From: Desulfobacterales bacterium
GTDB lineage: Bacteria > Desulfobacterota > Desulfobacteria > Desulfobacterales > UBA5852
Direction of reading: 5' to 3'
NCBI GenBank assembly: GCA_963674755.2
Contig: CAXXVS010000003.1
Span: forward strand, 1,568,001 to 1,632,000
DNA length: 64,000 nt
In this document: one piece after another, positions 19,440 through 29,923 of the stretch
Layout: each line of letters begins with the position of its first letter
Position numbering within the stretch: position 1 is the first letter of the stretch
Translations under genes and position numbers: made by a program
The notes under the pieces: generated by a model
What the model was told of the DNA's origin: nothing
Database searches by the model: none
Seen by the model: the letters and a program-made list of their open reading frames with translations, nothing else

Positions 19440-20225
19440 CTATAGTTTGGGGCTGTACTGCCGCTTCAGCCAGCAACTCAGGCCGTCCAGGCCGGGGAAG
19501 AGCACCCGCTCGGTGATGTTGGCCTGGTCCAGCTTGTCGCGCAACTCCCATTTCAGATCCGCCGGGATGACGATGCGCCGCCAGATAGCGGGATGTCTTG
19601 CCAGCCACTGATCCAGGGGCGCCGTGGGATCGGACATGATGGAGAAAAAGGCGAACTGGTTGAGGATGCGGTCGTCGATGGAAGGGGGTTCGAAGAAAAT
19701 CGTGAAGGGCTCCGCCTGCATCGCCATCAACTCGTTTAGGGAAGGCACCTCGCGGGAGAGCATGCCCACGGTGAAGACATTGGCGCCTTCCTGCTCAAGA
19801 GCCTGCTTGAGCCGAACCGGCAGAAGCTGGTGGGCCTTGTAATAGTTCACGGCCCAGATCACGCCGTCGGTGTGGAATTTTTCCAGATTGGTCAAGGCAA
19901 AATGCATGGCCACGAAGGGCGAGTAGGTCCAGTCCATGAGCCGGGTGGGCAGGCCGTGGTGCTGGGCCACGGACATCCAGTGCCAGGGAGAGTCCCGCTG
20001 GACCACGTCCCGGTGGGCATATTTGCGGAAGTTGCGCAGCAGGTGGCGCTCGAGATCGACATAGCGGCCCCCCAGGCGCATCAAGGTCGTCTCCAGGGGG
20101 TAGTCGATATCCGAGAGGCCCCGAAAGGCGTTACGGGAACGGTAGCGCTCGATTTCGGGATTCCAGGCGTCCTCAAAGAGGGCCTCCTGCAATTCATTCC
20201 AACTGTGTATGCGGATTTCGTTCAT
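19440..20225 (-). CDS. FRG domain protein
   Basis: AFRGLS, AQHHGLPTRLMDWTYSPFVAMHFA, RILNQFAFF, LFPGLDG. Confidence 0.9.
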   Translation of the reverse strand: MNEIRIHSWNELQEALFEDAWNPEIERYRSRNAFRGLSDIDYPLETTLMRLGGRYVDLERHLLRNFRKYAHRDVVQRDSPWHWMSVAQHHGLPTRLMDWTYSPFVAMHFALTNLEKFHTDGVIWAVNYYKAHQLLPVRLKQALEQEGANVFTVGMLSREVPSLNELMAMQAEPFTIFFEPPSIDDRILNQFAFFSIMSDPTAPLDQWLARHPAIWRRIVIPADLKWELRDKLDQANITERVLFPGLDGLSCWLKRQYSPKL

Positions 20226-20400
20226 GGCTTTTCCAATCGGGCTTCCAGGGAATAGGAAGCGACCGCAAGGTCGCTGCGTAATCTCCACCCGGTGTGCCGC
20301 CGAAAATCCCGCCCCGTCGCATTGGTCGCGATTATAAAGCGGATATGGACCGTCATCAAACGTCTCCAGGCGTTTTTAACAGCGGCCTTGGGGGCGGTCG

Positions 20401-20886
20401 CTATTCGGGTGCCAGTTGCAGGGTGATGCGGTCGCCAACCTGAAGGGCGCGCGCTTCGGCCTGCTGGATTTCCAGGACATATTGGATGTCGTCCGGCGAC
20501 CGGATGTGGTGGGTGCTGAAAGGTTGTCCCGCTTCGATAGCCGCTATCCGGCCGGAAGCGGAAATGAACACAATGGCCAGGGGAAGTGGCGTGTCTTTCA
20601 TCCAGAAGATGCGTTTCCGGGCATCGGAATAGATGAACAAGAGGCCGCTGCCCGTTGCCAGACCCCGGCAGCCCATAAGCCCCTTGCGGTGCTGGTCGCG
20701 CGTCTCGGCCAGGCCGACCCGGAAGGTGCCCGTCTCTTGACCGTCCCGGGTCACCACGAGGGTGCCCCTTTCCGGATAGCCGCAGATATCGGCGGCGGCC
20801 GAATTCACGAACAACAGCATGGCGATCGTCGGAAGGATCAAAAGATTCCGCGCGCGCCGAATCGGATACGAGGCATCATTACGCAC
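20401..20886 (-). CDS. DUF192 family exported protein
   Basis: LAETRDQHRKGLM, GLLFIY, FWMKDTPLPL, YVLEI; signal-peptide-like N-terminus. Confidence 0.85.
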   Translation of the reverse strand: MRNDASYPIRRARNLLILPTIAMLLFVNSAAADICGYPERGTLVVTRDGQETGTFRVGLAETRDQHRKGLMGCRGLATGSGLLFIYSDARKRIFWMKDTPLPLAIVFISASGRIAAIEAGQPFSTHHIRSPDDIQYVLEIQQAEARALQVGDRITLQLAPE

Positions 20887-21292
20887 TGCGGTCCACCAGT
20901 CGCAACCAGAAAGCGGCGGCCACCCCCCAGATGCCGTTGAAAAGAAGCACCAGCACCGGCGTCAGGGGACCCAATTGCATCCCCAGCATGCCTTTGTGCA
21001 GGACGGTCGGGAAGATGTAGGCCAACTGGACCAGGGAGGGCCCCAGGCTCAGGATCAGCCCCCGCAGCACAAAGCGGCTCTTTACCAGGGGCAGAAGGAA
21101 AAGCAGGCCCCAGAGGCCGCCCCAGACCACACGGGGGTAGAGCCAGCCCGGCGTCAGCCGGGGCGCGATGGCCACGTTGAGGGCGGCACTGATGCCGTAG
21201 GCACCGCATGCCCAGACGGCCAGGCTGTTGATCAGTCCGCCCAGACTTCCGGCGGCGAAGTAGAGGGATAATTTCTGCAGCCAGCGGCTCAT
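20879..21292 (-). CDS. Conserved-type hypothetical 4-TM membrane protein
   Basis: Hydrophobic helices, WLYPRVVWGGLWG motif; overlaps the DUF192 gene start. Confidence 0.7.
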   Translation of the reverse strand: MSRWLQKLSLYFAAGSLGGLINSLAVWACGAYGISAALNVAIAPRLTPGWLYPRVVWGGLWGLLFLLPLVKSRFVLRGLILSLGPSLVQLAYIFPTVLHKGMLGMQLGPLTPVLVLLFNGIWGVAAAFWLRLVDRSA

Positions 21293-21630
21293 GGGATGAA
21301 TGTCCTTTGTAAGGGGTGGTGCCGTCTTTCACCTGTGTGGCAAGACGGCAAAGAATACGCCCTCAGTTTCACTCTACTATGTTACTGGCTAACGGTCGTG
21401 CTGTAAAGGTGCCCGTCTTCGTGGTCGTTAAAGCGGATGCCCTCTGCGGCTTCGATGGTCGCTCATTCGCCATGACGGCCATGCCGTAGGCGGAAATTGA
21501 AATTTTGTTGGTCGAAGGCCAGGTCTAGATCTTTCCGTGGGAGGGAAGACAATAAGGTGGACTGCCGCGCCGGTTCGTCCCTCACAACCATGACCCCTAT
21601 CGAAAGTTTTGCCGCCGGCTGGCAAAAGTC

Positions 21631-22032
21631 TCACGGCTTCGGCGATCCGCGCAGCTGGGCGATCAACTCGGCCGCGCTGATGCCGACCAAAAGAACGGCC
21701 AGGCTCCACAGAAACACGCGACCCCGCAACGGCAGCGCCAGTGCGCCGCTGAGCAGCCAGATCAGGAGAACCGTGCCGCCGCTGAGATTGACGGCCACCG
21801 CACCCCCCGCCCCCAGTCCCACGAGACCTTTCGGTTTTCGAAGAAGTTCGATCCCCAGGGCGATGCCGATGCCGAAGAGAACCGCGCCTAAAATCGTCGG
21901 ATAGAAGCCCGTATCCGAATAAGGGACCCCTAAAAAATTGGCAAGCGGGTCTGAAAATGCCAGGAGCAGGATGCCCAACAGAAAATTCACGGCGGCGTCG
22001 ATGCCAAGAAGGAAGGATACGGTCTTTTGCAT
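21631..22032 (-). CDS. Hypothetical 4-TM membrane protein
   Basis: Four hydrophobic segments; GGAGG RBS, directly downstream of terC. Confidence 0.7.
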   Translation of the reverse strand: MQKTVSFLLGIDAAVNFLLGILLLAFSDPLANFLGVPYSDTGFYPTILGAVLFGIGIALGIELLRKPKGLVGLGAGGAVAVNLSGGTVLLIWLLSGALALPLRGRVFLWSLAVLLVGISAAELIAQLRGSPKP

Positions 22033-22044
22033 GGGGAACCTCCA

Positions 22045-22797
22045 CTACTGCGGGGCGGGCGCCCTTTTGTGCAGCTGGACCGGCTCCCGGGCGCGTTTGC
22101 GAATTTTCATATTCAGCATTTCGACACCGCACGAAAAGGCCATGGCAAAGTAGATATAGCCTTTGGGGATGTGGAAGGCCATACCTTCGGCCACCAGGGT
22201 CACCCCCACCAGAATCAGGAAGCTCAGGGCCAGCATTTTGATGGTGGGATGGGTGTCCACAAAAGTGCCGATAGGTCCGGCGGAAATCATCATGATGCCT
22301 ACGGCAATGACGATGGCCAGAATCATCACGGGCAGGTGCTGGGCCAGGCCGACGGCCGTGATCACCGAATCCAGCGAAAAGACGATGTCGAGGAGGGTGA
22401 TCTGGATCAAGACCTTGGCGAAGGAGGCCGCGGAGGCCGCCGTAGCGCTGTGCTCCCCGCCTTCGAGGCTGCTGTGAATTTCAAAGGTGCTTTTGACCAG
22501 CAAAAACAACCCGCCGCCGATCAAAATCAGGTCGCGTCCGGAGATCGCGCGTCCCAGGACAGTGAACAGGGGCGTGCTGAGGCGCATAATCCAGGTGATG
22601 GAAACCAGGAGCAGGATGCGCATGACCATGGCCATGGAAAGTCCGGCGATCCGTGCACGCGGCCGTTTTTGCTCGGGCAGGCGGCCCACCAGAACGGAAA
22701 TGAAGATGATGTTATCGATGCCCAGCACGATTTCCAGGGCCGTCAGTGTGCCCAGGGCAATCCAGGCCTGGGGATCGAATAGCCAATCCATCATCAA
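22045..22797 (-). CDS. TerC family membrane protein
   Basis: LEIVLGIDNIIFI, LDIVFSLDSVITAVG, KGYIYFAMAFS. Confidence 0.92.
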   Translation of the reverse strand: MMMDWLFDPQAWIALGTLTALEIVLGIDNIIFISVLVGRLPEQKRPRARIAGLSMAMVMRILLLVSITWIMRLSTPLFTVLGRAISGRDLILIGGGLFLLVKSTFEIHSSLEGGEHSATAASAASFAKVLIQITLLDIVFSLDSVITAVGLAQHLPVMILAIVIAVGIMMISAGPIGTFVDTHPTIKMLALSFLILVGVTLVAEGMAFHIPKGYIYFAMAFSCGVEMLNMKIRKRAREPVQLHKRAPAPQ

Positions 22798-22878
22798 GTC
22801 TCCTATAGAGAACGGTTCGACAAAGCATCGGGCGGGCCTGGTGGTTTGGACGCCCTCCCGCCCCGGGTGCGGCCCAAC

Positions 22879-23391
22879 CTATTCCTTCCGGCTCCGGAAG
22901 CGCTCCTTGCATTCGTCGATGCAGGTTCCGCAGTGCTTTCGTTGCAGTTCACCCGATTCACAATAGTGGATGAAGGCGCCCAGTAAATCGGTGCCGGCCC
23001 GGGGGCACTGCTGCATGAAATCGATGAAGCATACCAGGCGGTCGAGCACCATCCCCTCCACCACGTGCTCCATGCGGCAGGCGGTGGTCTCGGCCGTTTC
23101 AGGCGGGATGCGGAGCACCTCGGTCAGAAAGTTGCGGATCACCTGGTGGCGGCGGCTGATTTCCAGGGCCACGGCGGTGCCCCGGGGGGTCAGGGTAATA
23201 AAGCTGTAGGGGGCATAGTTGACCAAGCCTTTTTCCGCCAGTGCTTTCAGGGCACCGGTGACGGTGCCACGCTGAACCTGAAGGCGTTCGGCAATGTCCT
23301 TGGCCCGGGCCACTTTGTGGGTACGCTCCAGGTCCAGAATGACTTCCAGATAGTCTTCCATGCTTTCCGTCAAAGGCCGCTTTTCGATCAT
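22879..23391 (-). CDS. DtxR/MntR family metal-dependent transcriptional regulator with Cys-rich C-terminus
   Basis: SMEDYLEVI, DIAERLQV, RRHQVIRNFL, ACRMEH; divergent from feoAB. Confidence 0.9.
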   Translation of the reverse strand: MIEKRPLTESMEDYLEVILDLERTHKVARAKDIAERLQVQRGTVTGALKALAEKGLVNYAPYSFITLTPRGTAVALEISRRHQVIRNFLTEVLRIPPETAETTACRMEHVVEGMVLDRLVCFIDFMQQCPRAGTDLLGAFIHYCESGELQRKHCGTCIDECKERFRSRKE

Positions 23392-23459
23392 ATCACCCCC
23401 CGAAATCAATAAGTTGGCTCAATGTAGCATCGCGCTATGATGAGTCAACGCAAAAAATG

Positions 23460-23512
23460 TTAGGATAGCCAAAATTATTGTTGACAGATATAAAAGTTTG
23501 GACTACCAAACT
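23460..23512 (+). promoter_or_regulatory. Two DtxR-type palindromic operators around the feoA sigma70 promoter
   Basis: TTAGG-ATAG-CCAAA (23460-23473), TTGACA (23481-23486), perfect AGTTTGG-ACTA-CCAAACT (23495-23512) over the -10 region. Confidence 0.65.
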
Positions 23513-23533
23513 CCCAAAAACGGAGGTGATGCA

Positions 23534-23779
23534 ATGACACGGATCATGCTGCGGCAGATGAAGGACAACCAATTTGGCATTATACGGGCCGTCAAGGCCA
23601 CTGGTGAAATGGGAAGACGCCTGAGGGATATGGGGCTGGTGCCGGGAACGGAAATCAAAATTAGGGGCCGGGCGCCGTTGAACGATCCGGTGGCTTTGCG
23701 TGTGATGGGGTTTACCCTGACCCTGCGCAATAACGAGGCGGATTGGATCGAAGTCGAAACTGTTTGTGAACGTCCCTGA
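23534..23779 (+). CDS. feoA: Ferrous iron transport protein A
   Basis: RRLRDMGLVPG, RAPLNDP, LRNNEA; GGAGG RBS. Confidence 0.92.
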   Translation: MTRIMLRQMKDNQFGIIRAVKATGEMGRRLRDMGLVPGTEIKIRGRAPLNDPVALRVMGFTLTLRNNEADWIEVETVCERP

Positions 23780-23814
23780 AAGATAACGATAAGCATATTG
23801 GAGGAGCAAACCGT

Positions 23815-26028
23815 ATGGCAAATGCAACCTTTGCCCTGGCCGGCAACCCCAATTCCGGCAAGACGACCCTGTTCAATGCGCTCACGGGCGCCCGGCAGCA
23901 TGTGGGCAATTATCCCGGCGTCACCGTCGAAAAGAAAGAGGGACTCTATGTGCACGACGGCCGCCGGCTGAAGATCGTGGACTTGCCCGGCACCTATTCA
24001 CTGACCGCCTATTCCCTGGAAGAGGTGGTCGCGCGCGATTTTCTGGTTAACGAAAAACCGGCCGCCGTGATCGACATCGTGGACGCCGCCAACCTGGAGC
24101 GCAATCTCTATCTCACGCTGCAATTCATGGAAATGGGCGTCCCGGTGGTGGTGGCGCTCAATATGATGGATGTGGCCGCCCAGCGGGGCCTGACCATCGA
24201 TACCCGGAAGCTGGGCGATTTGCTGGGGGTTCCGGTGGTGGCGACGGTGGCCCGCCGGGGCGAGGGCAAGACGGAACTCCTGGAGGTGGCCGAACGCATC
24301 GTGGGCGACGGCATTCGTCAGCGGCCCCTGGTGGTCTCTTATGGTGACGATATCGACCTGGCGCTGTTGGAGATGGAGGCGGCCATCGAGAGCGCAGGCT
24401 TTCTGGCCGACACCTACCCGGCCCGCTGGATAGCGCTGAAGTATTTGGAAAACGACGATCAGATTATGGCCCTGGGGCGCCAACACCAGCCGGAGCTCGC
24501 CCACCTTCTGGAAGAACGGACCCGGGCGGTCAGCGACCATCTCCACAAAACCCTGGATCTCTACCCCGAAGCCGTGATCGCCGATCATCGCTACGGCTTC
24601 ATCCGGTCGGTTCTTCAGCAAGGGGTTCTTGCCGTCCGGCACGATCGCGACCGGCTGTATCTCTCCGACCGCATTGACAAGGTCCTTACCAACCGCCTGG
24701 CGGGCCCCCTGATCATGCTGGCCGTGATCTGGGGACTGTACCGGTTTACGTTCAGCTACAGCGCGTTGCCCGTCGCCTGGCTTGATGGCTTTTTCGAGTG
24801 GGTGAGCGGGGTGATCGATGCGCATTTTGCCGATGGCCTGCTCAAATCCCTGGTGACGGCCGGCATCATCGACGGTGTGGGCGGTGTACTGGGATTCGTC
24901 CCCTTGATTATGTTCATGTTCCTGGGCATCGCCTTCCTGGAAGACTCGGGCTATATGGCGCGGGTGGCCTTTATGCTCGACCGGGTGTTTCGTGTGTTCG
25001 GGCTGCATGGCAGTTCGGTGATGCCGTTCATCGTTTCCGGCGGCATTGCCGGGGGCTGTGCCGTTCCGGGCATCATGGCCACCCGAACATTGAAATCCCG
25101 CCGGGAGCGCTTGGCCACCCTGCTGACCGTGCCGTTCATGAACTGCGGGGCCAAGCTGCCGGTGTTTGCCCTTCTGGTGGCGGCGTTTTTCGCCAGACAT
25201 GAAGCCCTGGTCATGTTCGTCTTGACCCTGGTCTCATGGGCCGGCGCCCTCCTGGTGGCCCGGCTGCTGCGCAGTACGGTGGTCAAAGGGGAAGCGACCC
25301 CCTTTATCATGGAACTGCCGCCCTACCGCCTGCCCACCTTGAAAGGCCTGCTGATCCATACCGGGGAGCGGACCTGGCAGTATATCCGCAAGGCGGGCAC
25401 GGTGATCCTGGGCATTTCCGTTTTGTTGTGGGCCCTGATGAGCTTTCCGGGGCTGCCGGCATCCGTTCAGCGGCAGTATGCAAACGAACGCCACGCCCTG
25501 CAGGCCGCCTCCCCGGCGGCCGTTCATGAGATCGAAGCAAACAGGGACCCTGCCGGCCTGAGCCCGGCGGCCCAGGCCCTGCAAACGGCAATGGCCCGGG
25601 TGGACGGCCGGGAAGCCGAAGCGGCCCTGCGTTATTCCCTGGCCGGCCGGTTCGGAACGGCCCTGGAACCCCTTTCGCAGCTTGCCGGTTTCGACTGGCG
25701 GACCAATATTGCCCTGGTGGGAGGCTTTGCGGCCAAGGAAGTGGTGGTGTCCACCCTGGGAACGGCCTATGCCATGGGGGAGGCCGCTCTTGGGGAAACC
25801 GGCGCCCTGGCCGGCAAACTGGCGGCGGCCCCGGGGTGGCGCCCCTTGACGGCCATCAGCCTGATGGTGTTCATCATGTTCTATGCGCCCTGTTTCGTGT
25901 CCGTGGTTTGCATCGCCCGGGAGGCCGGCAGCTGGAAGTGGGCGGCATTCTCAGTGGTTTTCAATACCGCGCTGGCTTTTCTGCTGGCGGTGGGGCTCTA
26001 TCAGGCCGGATCGCTGGTGGGCTTTTAG
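23815..26028 (+). CDS. feoB: Ferrous iron transport protein B
   Basis: [57 protein letters not shown]. Confidence 0.97.
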   Translation: MANATFALAGNPNSGKTTLFNALTGARQHVGNYPGVTVEKKEGLYVHDGRRLKIVDLPGTYSLTAYSLEEVVARDFLVNEKPAAVIDIVDAANLERNLYLTLQFMEMGVPVVVALNMMDVAAQRGLTIDTRKLGDLLGVPVVATVARRGEGKTELLEVAERIVGDGIRQRPLVVSYGDDIDLALLEMEAAIESAGFLADTYPARWIALKYLENDDQIMALGRQHQPELAHLLEERTRAVSDHLHKTLDLYPEAVIADHRYGFIRSVLQQGVLAVRHDRDRLYLSDRIDKVLTNRLAGPLIMLAVIWGLYRFTFSYSALPVAWLDGFFEWVSGVIDAHFADGLLKSLVTAGIIDGVGGVLGFVPLIMFMFLGIAFLEDSGYMARVAFMLDRVFRVFGLHGSSVMPFIVSGGIAGGCAVPGIMATRTLKSRRERLATLLTVPFMNCGAKLPVFALLVAAFFARHEALVMFVLTLVSWAGALLVARLLRSTVVKGEATPFIMELPPYRLPTLKGLLIHTGERTWQYIRKAGTVILGISVLLWALMSFPGLPASVQRQYANERHALQAASPAAVHEIEANRDPAGLSPAAQALQTAMARVDGREAEAALRYSLAGRFGTALEPLSQLAGFDWRTNIALVGGFAAKEVVVSTLGTAYAMGEAALGETGALAGKLAAAPGWRPLTAISLMVFIMFYAPCFVSVVCIAREAGSWKWAAFSVVFNTALAFLLAVGLYQAGSLVGF

Positions 26029-26034
26029 GAGGAG

Positions 26035-26211
26035 ATGATGGATACGGCGATTGTGGTGATTATCGTGGGGTGGGCGGTTTTCAGCCTCGTGCGGCGTTAT
26101 ATCCGCCTTTTCCAGCCCCGGGAGGAAAACGCCTGCGCCTGCGGCTGCTCCGGATGCAGCCAGGCGGCGAGTTGCAGTTCCAATGGGAAATCGATTCAGT
26201 TGAAGCCATGA
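26035..26211 (+). CDS. FeoB-associated Cys-rich membrane protein (58 aa, not in ORF track)
   Basis: Manual translation MMDTAIVVIIVGWAVFSLVRRYIRLFQPREENACACGCSGCSQAASCSSNGKSIQLKP; AGGAGG RBS right after the feoB stop. Confidence 0.85.
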   Translation: MMDTAIVVIIVGWAVFSLVRRYIRLFQPREENACACGCSGCSQAASCSSNGKSIQLKP

Positions 26212-26296
26212 GCCGGGGGCTTCCCAAGGGGAGACCATGCGTGCCCAAAAATCCGCTGCGGCGCCAGATGGCCGTATTAATGGGTGCGCGTGGGAT

Positions 26297-26551
26297 TTAG
26301 GGTTTAACCGTGGTCACCCAGTCTTCGCCCACCTTGCCGATAATGCCGCGTCGGTTAAAATCCGTTATGACCTTGTCGAAAACGGTTTGGCAGTCGCCGG
26401 CAAAGTAGCGGTTTATCGTGTCCGGATACCAGTTGGTGACCATCAGATTTTCGAAGAAGGTTGCCCTGGGCACCCGCCCCTTCATCAGGAGGGTATAGAC
26501 AAAGAAATAGAAGCCGGGCAGAATTACACTAGGGGCGGGTGTTGGCGTCAT
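26297..26551 (-). CDS. Hypothetical 84-aa protein, possibly a gene fragment
   Basis: Protein-like composition, GGAG RBS, follows the oxidoreductase gene; no family recognised. Confidence 0.45.
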   Translation of the reverse strand: MTPTPAPSVILPGFYFFVYTLLMKGRVPRATFFENLMVTNWYPDTINRYFAGDCQTVFDKVITDFNRRGIIGKVGEDWVTTVKP

Positions 26552-26580
26552 AGCGTCTCCGGGCGCGGCGCGTTGCGGTC

Positions 26581-27624
26581 CTATAACGACACGAGGGGTA
26601 GGGCGATCGCCCGTCCGGTCTGGCGGCTGCGGAACACGGCCTCGGTGAATTCCATATAGCGGACCCCGTCTTCAAAAGTAGTCAGCCGCACCGGCGTTGC
26701 GCCGCGAATGGAGTTGATAAAGTCTTCCTCCACCTGCCAATACCCTTCCTCTTCGGCGGGGATGACGATCTCCTGCAGCTGCGCATCGTCGCGGCGGCCA
26801 CCCAGGAGTTTGCCGTTTTCGAAGCACAGGGTCCCCTCCGTGCCGTAGAGACGGCAGCCGCTCGGTCCGGTGTGGCCTGCCGCGCGGGTCGAGCAGAAAT
26901 GGGCCTGGGCGCCGCAGGCCATATCGGCCAGGACGTCGATGTGTTCGGGGATGAGCACGGACTGCCGGGCCGTTTCGCCGTCCCGGGCGCGCAGCTTCAC
27001 GAAGGTCTTGCCCATGGCCATGACCCGGGTGGCCTCGCCCACCCAGCGCATCACGGCTTCATACCAGATGCCCAGCATCATCACGTTCAGACCGCTCAGA
27101 CGGAAATCCTGCCGCCAGGAGAAAGGCCCCTTGAGATCGAGAAACCCGCCATAGTCGCGGACCTCGATGGCCAACAGGTCGCCGATGAATCCTTCGGCCA
27201 GCAGGCGCTGGATGGTGCGGTCCACTTTCAAGGAAAAGGGGGAGGGCACCACCTGGGCCACCAGTTGCGGCCGGGACCGGGAGGCTTGCCGCATGTCATG
27301 GGCCTCCCGGGCGTTCATGGCCATGCGCGCCTCGCAGAGCACATGCTTGCCGGCCTCCAGAGCGGCCAGGGTGACCGGATGGTGCATATAAGGCCAGGTG
27401 CCGATGACCACGGCATCGATGTCCGGGGATGCCACCAGCCGGCGCCAGTCATCGAAAACCTGGGATATGCCGAATTCGGCCGCCACCGCCTCCGACGATG
27501 CCCGGCGGCGGTTGCAGACTCCCACAATGACGACATCTTCGATGGCCTGTAGCCCGGGGATGTGCTTGGCCCTGGTATTGCCCCCGGCCCCCACGATGCC
27601 GACGCGGATGGTATCGTTTTCCAT
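26581..27624 (-). CDS. Gfo/Idh/MocA family oxidoreductase
   Basis: VGIVGAG, DIDAVVIGT, AGKHVLCEARMA; start ATG 27624 with GGGAG RBS. Confidence 0.9.
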   Translation of the reverse strand: MENDTIRVGIVGAGGNTRAKHIPGLQAIEDVVIVGVCNRRRASSEAVAAEFGISQVFDDWRRLVASPDIDAVVIGTWPYMHHPVTLAALEAGKHVLCEARMAMNAREAHDMRQASRSRPQLVAQVVPSPFSLKVDRTIQRLLAEGFIGDLLAIEVRDYGGFLDLKGPFSWRQDFRLSGLNVMMLGIWYEAVMRWVGEATRVMAMGKTFVKLRARDGETARQSVLIPEHIDVLADMACGAQAHFCSTRAAGHTGPSGCRLYGTEGTLCFENGKLLGGRRDDAQLQEIVIPAEEEGYWQVEEDFINSIRGATPVRLTTFEDGVRYMEFTEAVFRSRQTGRAIALPLVSL

Positions 27625-27743
27625 ATGATCTCCCTTCGCTTTATGGGCTGCCAAAAGAAACCCCAGATGGGACACAGACAAAAATAAACTTTGGCCGACA
27701 AAGGTACATTTCGAGTCGGTGCCCCAATGGCTATTCAGAAATG

Positions 27744-28181
27744 GTAGATTTGGGTATCAGGCAAGGCCGCAGGTGCTTTGGCGCCCGGAGGCGTAGCGAT
27801 GGCTACGTCGAGGACCGCCAAACACCGGGAACGCCGCCTGGACCAAAAGCTGTCATTGTACAAAAGCTCACTCCTGCACAGAGTGCCGGCGTGCAGGGGG
27901 TAGATTTGGGTATCAGGCCAGGCCGCAGGTGCTTTGGCGCCCGGAGGCGTAGCGATGGCTACGTCGAGGACCGTCAAACACCGGGAACGCCGCCTGGACC
28001 AAAAGCTGTCATCGTACAAAGCTCACCCCTGCACAGAGTGCCGGCGTGCAGGGGGTAGATTTGGGTATCAGGCAAGGCCGCAGGTGCTTTGGCGCCCGGA
28101 GGCGTAGCGATGGCTACGTCGAGGACCGTCAAACACCGAGAACGCCGCCTGGGGCCCAAAGATGCCCCCTGCACGCCGGCA
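27744..28181. repeat. Tandem array of about 2.7 copies of a 155-156-bp palindromic REP/MITE-like unit
   Basis: Unit starts GTAGATTTGGGTATCAGG at 27744, 27900 and 28055; near-identical copies; internal hairpins CGTAGCGATGGCTACG and CCTGCAC...GTGCAGG. Confidence 0.92.
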
Positions 28182-28997
28182 CTAGCCGAGGGCGACGTCC
28201 AACGTCATCATCACCGCAAACCCGCACATGGCTCCCATGGTGGCCGCATCCGTGTTCTTTTCCAGCTGGGACTCCGGGATCAGCTCTTCCACCACCACGT
28301 AGATCATGGCGCCGGCGGCAAAGGCCAATGCATAGGGTAGAATAGGCCGCATAAAGACGACGGCCAACGCCCCGATCACGCCGGCGATCGGCTCCACCAC
28401 GCCGGAGGCCTGACCGTACCAGAAACTTTTGAGACGCGAAAAGCCTTCCCGGCGCAGGGGAACGGAGACGGCCGCACCTTCCGGAAAGTTCTGGATGCCG
28501 ATGCCCAGCGCCAGGGCCACGGCGCCGGCCAAGGTGGCGGTGGGGATATCGGCCGCCAGGGCCCCGAAGGCGACGCCCACCGCCAGCCCCTCAGGGATAT
28601 TGTGCAGGGTAATGGCCAGCACCAGAAGCACGCTGCGGCGCCAGCTGGTTTGGAGGCCTTCGGCATCTTCGTTGGGAAATCCCAGGTGGAGATGGGGCAG
28701 GACCTTGTCGACGCCCCACAGAAAGATGCCGCCGGACATGAAGCCCACCGTTGCCGGCACCCAGGCCGGAAGGTTGCCGGATTCTTCCGCCATGGCGATG
28801 GCGGGGGCCAGAAGGGACCAGTAGCTGGCCGCGATCATCACTCCGGCGGCAAAGCCCAGCATGGCATCCAGCAGCTTACGGTTTATGGTTCGAAAAAAGA
28901 ACACCACACCGGCCCCCAAGGCGGTGACAAACCAGGTAAACAGGGTGGCCAGTAAAGCTTGCCAAATGGGGTTTACGTCTATGAACCATTGCCACAT
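28182..28997 (-). CDS. ZIP family metal transporter (ZupT/GufA-like)
   Basis: [40 protein letters not shown]. Confidence 0.93.
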   Translation of the reverse strand: MWQWFIDVNPIWQALLATLFTWFVTALGAGVVFFFRTINRKLLDAMLGFAAGVMIAASYWSLLAPAIAMAEESGNLPAWVPATVGFMSGGIFLWGVDKVLPHLHLGFPNEDAEGLQTSWRRSVLLVLAITLHNIPEGLAVGVAFGALAADIPTATLAGAVALALGIGIQNFPEGAAVSVPLRREGFSRLKSFWYGQASGVVEPIAGVIGALAVVFMRPILPYALAFAAGAMIYVVVEELIPESQLEKNTDAATMGAMCGFAVMMTLDVALG

Positions 28998-29027
28998 GGG
29001 ATCGTTTTCCTCCGCTGGGTGATCATA

Positions 29028-29055
29028 TGGCCGGGCTTACGTGGCCGGGCTTACG
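29028..29055. repeat. Perfect 14-bp tandem duplication upstream of the ZIP gene
   Basis: TGGCCGGGCTTACG twice. Confidence 0.8.
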
Positions 29056-29212
29056 CTAAATTCTGAGAATGGAATGACAGTCGGATGCGACAACGGGATT
29101 GGACCGTGTTCTTATAAGGTAGTGCAGAACCACCGGCATTGGCAAGAGCGGATCGGCGAGTAGGATGCTTCGTCCGGCCGGCCCATCCCACCGGAACCGC
29201 GCCCGCGGCAGG

Positions 29213-29875
29213 CTATGCGTCCGGATGGGCCGTAAGGAAGGGGAGCGAGGACGGAATGGTGTCGTGATCAACAACGTGCACGGCCTGCATTCCGCACCTC
29301 CGGGCCCCGGATACATTTTCTTCGGCGTCATCGAAGAATAGGACGTTCTCACAGGGTTGACCGATGGATCGGGCGACCTGGCGATAGACTTCGGCATCGG
29401 GTTTGCGAAATCCCATGCGCGAGGATACGAAAATTTTTTCAAAATAAGACAAAAGGTCCCGGTGCGCATCGCGCCACACGATTTCGTGTTCCGGATTGGT
29501 GTTGGTCAGGATATACAAGGGATAGTGGCGGGATAGGCGTCCAAGGCAATCGCGGATGCCGGGTTTCTCCCCCTTAATAATGGTGTTCCATCCTTCGCGC
29601 ATGGTCTCGTCGGGCAGGTCGATTCCCAGCATCCGGCGCAGGGCGGCATAGTAATCGGAAGCCGTCATGCGGCCGCATTCAAAATTTTGATAGGCCTTGT
29701 CGATACGAAAGCGGGCGGCGAGGGTTTCGGCCGGAGTGCCGGACCGGTCGCTCCAGAAGCGGGCGCAGCGATAGAAGTCGACATCGATCAGGACGTTTCC
29801 GAGGTCGAACAGAATGGCGCTAATGCCGGAAGGAACGGATGAGGTCTTTTTCTCCATGAGGGGGCTGGCTGGCAT
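29213..29875 (-). CDS. HAD family phosphatase (YihX-like)
   Basis: FDLGNVL, ILTNT, GFRKPD, LFFDD. Confidence 0.88.
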   Translation of the reverse strand: MPASPLMEKKTSSVPSGISAILFDLGNVLIDVDFYRCARFWSDRSGTPAETLAARFRIDKAYQNFECGRMTASDYYAALRRMLGIDLPDETMREGWNTIIKGEKPGIRDCLGRLSRHYPLYILTNTNPEHEIVWRDAHRDLLSYFEKIFVSSRMGFRKPDAEVYRQVARSIGQPCENVLFFDDAEENVSGARRCGMQAVHVVDHDTIPSSLPFLTAHPDA

Positions 29876-29923
29876 TCCTTATCCTGTGTGAAATGTGCCG
29901 GGAAGCGTCTCGGCAATCACGGA

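Noticed and set aside
22798..22878. yybP-ykoY manganese riboswitch before terC
   Set aside because: The gap is only about 80 nt and lacks the GGGGAGUAG core
27744..28181. CRISPR array
   Set aside because: Units are 155-156 bp and nearly identical throughout, with no unique spacers and no cas genes in the window
27735..28345. ORFs inside the tandem repeat
   Set aside because: They are translations of the palindromic repeat unit, with no RBS or protein-like features
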